From Chiloscyllium plagiosum (lineage: Eukaryota), in NCBI RefSeq assembly GCF_004010195.1, contig NW_025214789.1, positions 7,807-46,821 of the forward strand: a stretch of 39,015 bases of DNA, written 5' to 3'. Numbering within the stretch: the first letter of the stretch is position 1; every line of letters begins with the position of its first letter. A model generated the notes under the pieces. That model was not told the DNA's origin and did no database searches. It was given only the letters and a program-made list of their open reading frames with translations. The position numbers and the translations under genes are program-made. Below are positions 37,553 to 39,015 of the stretch, piece by piece.

Positions 37553-39015
37553 TGACTCTCTCTGAGGCACTCTGACACACTGCGGCACTCTCTGACTGTC
37601 TAGGAGACACACTGTGTCACTTTCTGACACTCACTGAGACACACTGACTCTCTCTACTCTCTCTGCCATTCTGTGCCACTCTCTGAGCCAGGCCGTGACT
37701 CTTTCTGACTCTCTGACACTCTCTGAGACATTCAGTGATACTCTCTGACTCTCTGGGACACGCTGTGATGCTCTCTGACTCTCTAACCGTCTCTGAGACA
37801 TTCAGTGACACTCTCTGACTGACACACTTTTGACACTCTCTGAGATATTCAGTGACACTCTCTGACACTCTCTGCGACATACTGTGTCACTGTCTCTCTC
37901 TGACACTCTCTGCGACATACTGTGTCACTGTCTAACACACTATGACACTCTATGACTCTCTATTAGACGCATTGCGGCACTCTGATACACTGTGACCCTC
38001 TCGGAGACACGCTGTGACAGTCTCTGACTGTCTCGGAGACACACTTTGATAGTCTCTGACACTCTCTTAGACACACTGTGACCCTCTCTGCACACACTGT
38101 GACACTCTCCACCTTTCTCGGAAACACATGTGATATTCTCTGACTCTCTCTGACACTCTCTTAGACACACTGTGACACTCTCTGACTCTTGCTGCCATTC
38201 TCTGCCACTCTGACATTATCTAATACAGACTGTGGCTCTCTCTGACACTCTCTGAGACATTCAGTGACACTCTCTGGCTCTATCTGAGACACACTATGAC
38301 ACTCTATCGCTCTCTTTGAGACTCTCTGACAATCCCTTATACTCTCTAAGACACACTATGAATCTCACTGACACTCACTTACACTCTCTGAGACACACTG
38401 TGACTCTCTCTGACTCACTCTGAGACACACTGTGACAATATCTGACTCTCTCTGACACTCTCTGACACTCTCTGAAACAGACTGTGACACTCTCTGACAC
38501 ATTGTGAGACTCACTAAGACACTGTGACACTGTCCGACACTCTCTGAGGCACGCTGAGTCACTCTCTGACAGACTGTGACACATTGTGACACTACTTGAC
38601 TCTCTCTGAACACGCTTTGATTTCTCTGACACTCTCTGAGACATACAATGTCAATCTGACTCTGTCTGAGACACACTGTGACACTCTCTGACTCTCTCTG
38701 AGACACACCGTGACACTCTCTGACACACTTCGACATGCTCTGACTGCCTCTAAGACACGCTGTTACATTTTCTGACACACAATGTGACATTCCCTGCCTC
38801 TCTCTAAGACACTGTGACACTATCTGAGACATACTGCGACACTCTCTGACACACTGTGACATTCCTGGCCTCTCTCTGAGACTCTGTGACACTCTCTGAG
38901 ACACACTAACTCTCTCTGCCATTCTCCGCCAATCTGACATTATCTAAATCAGGCTGTGGCTCTCTCTGACTCTCTGACACTCTCTGAGACATTCAGTGAC
39001 ACTCTCTGGCTCTAT

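Larger units (their letters stand above)
27383..39015. repeat. Large degenerate satellite built from TGACACTCTC, TGAGACACAC and CACTGTG modules with higher-order blocks; gap at 28172-29056
   Basis: Continuous even-length ~8-12-bp modules. The marker GAAGCATATTGTGCCACTCTCTAACAC recurs at 30116, 32961, 33393, 33871 and 34829. Confidence 0.97.

Noticed and set aside
27380..38940. Dozens of minus-strand ORFs rich in S/E/R/V/C/Q
   Set aside because: They are translations of the satellite in all three frames, open only because the G/A-rich strand has few stop codons. No domain signal.

Overview
This is a repeat-dominated, gene-poor eukaryotic window from a cartilaginous fish. HE1/V-SINEs, CR1 (HER1-type) LINEs and Penelope-like elements point to a shark, probably a bamboo-shark-like species (inference). 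No intact host protein-coding gene is supported. The window holds several decayed CR1 LINEs (one keeps its ORF1 esterase domain), six HE1 SINE copies or fragments, two Penelope-like elements plus a third tail remnant, each with a hammerhead-ribozyme motif, and an L2 fragment. It also holds a ~47-bp minisatellite, two large low-complexity satellite fields (2.8-7.7 kb and 27.4-39.0 kb) and four assembly gaps. The most interesting signals are three. (1) The apparently unique DNA at 16.1-23.7 kb is a graveyard of tRNA pseudogenes (Leu, Val, Asn, possibly Phe) at different stages of decay. (2) A Penelope insertion has an 11-bp target-site duplication and a twin-priming-like inversion. (3) A minisatellite seems to have arisen inside an old CR1 fragment, with the unexpanded sister copy nearby. 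I found no convincing new protein-based system. tRNA and transposon comparisons were hand alignments to canonical sequences recalled from memory.
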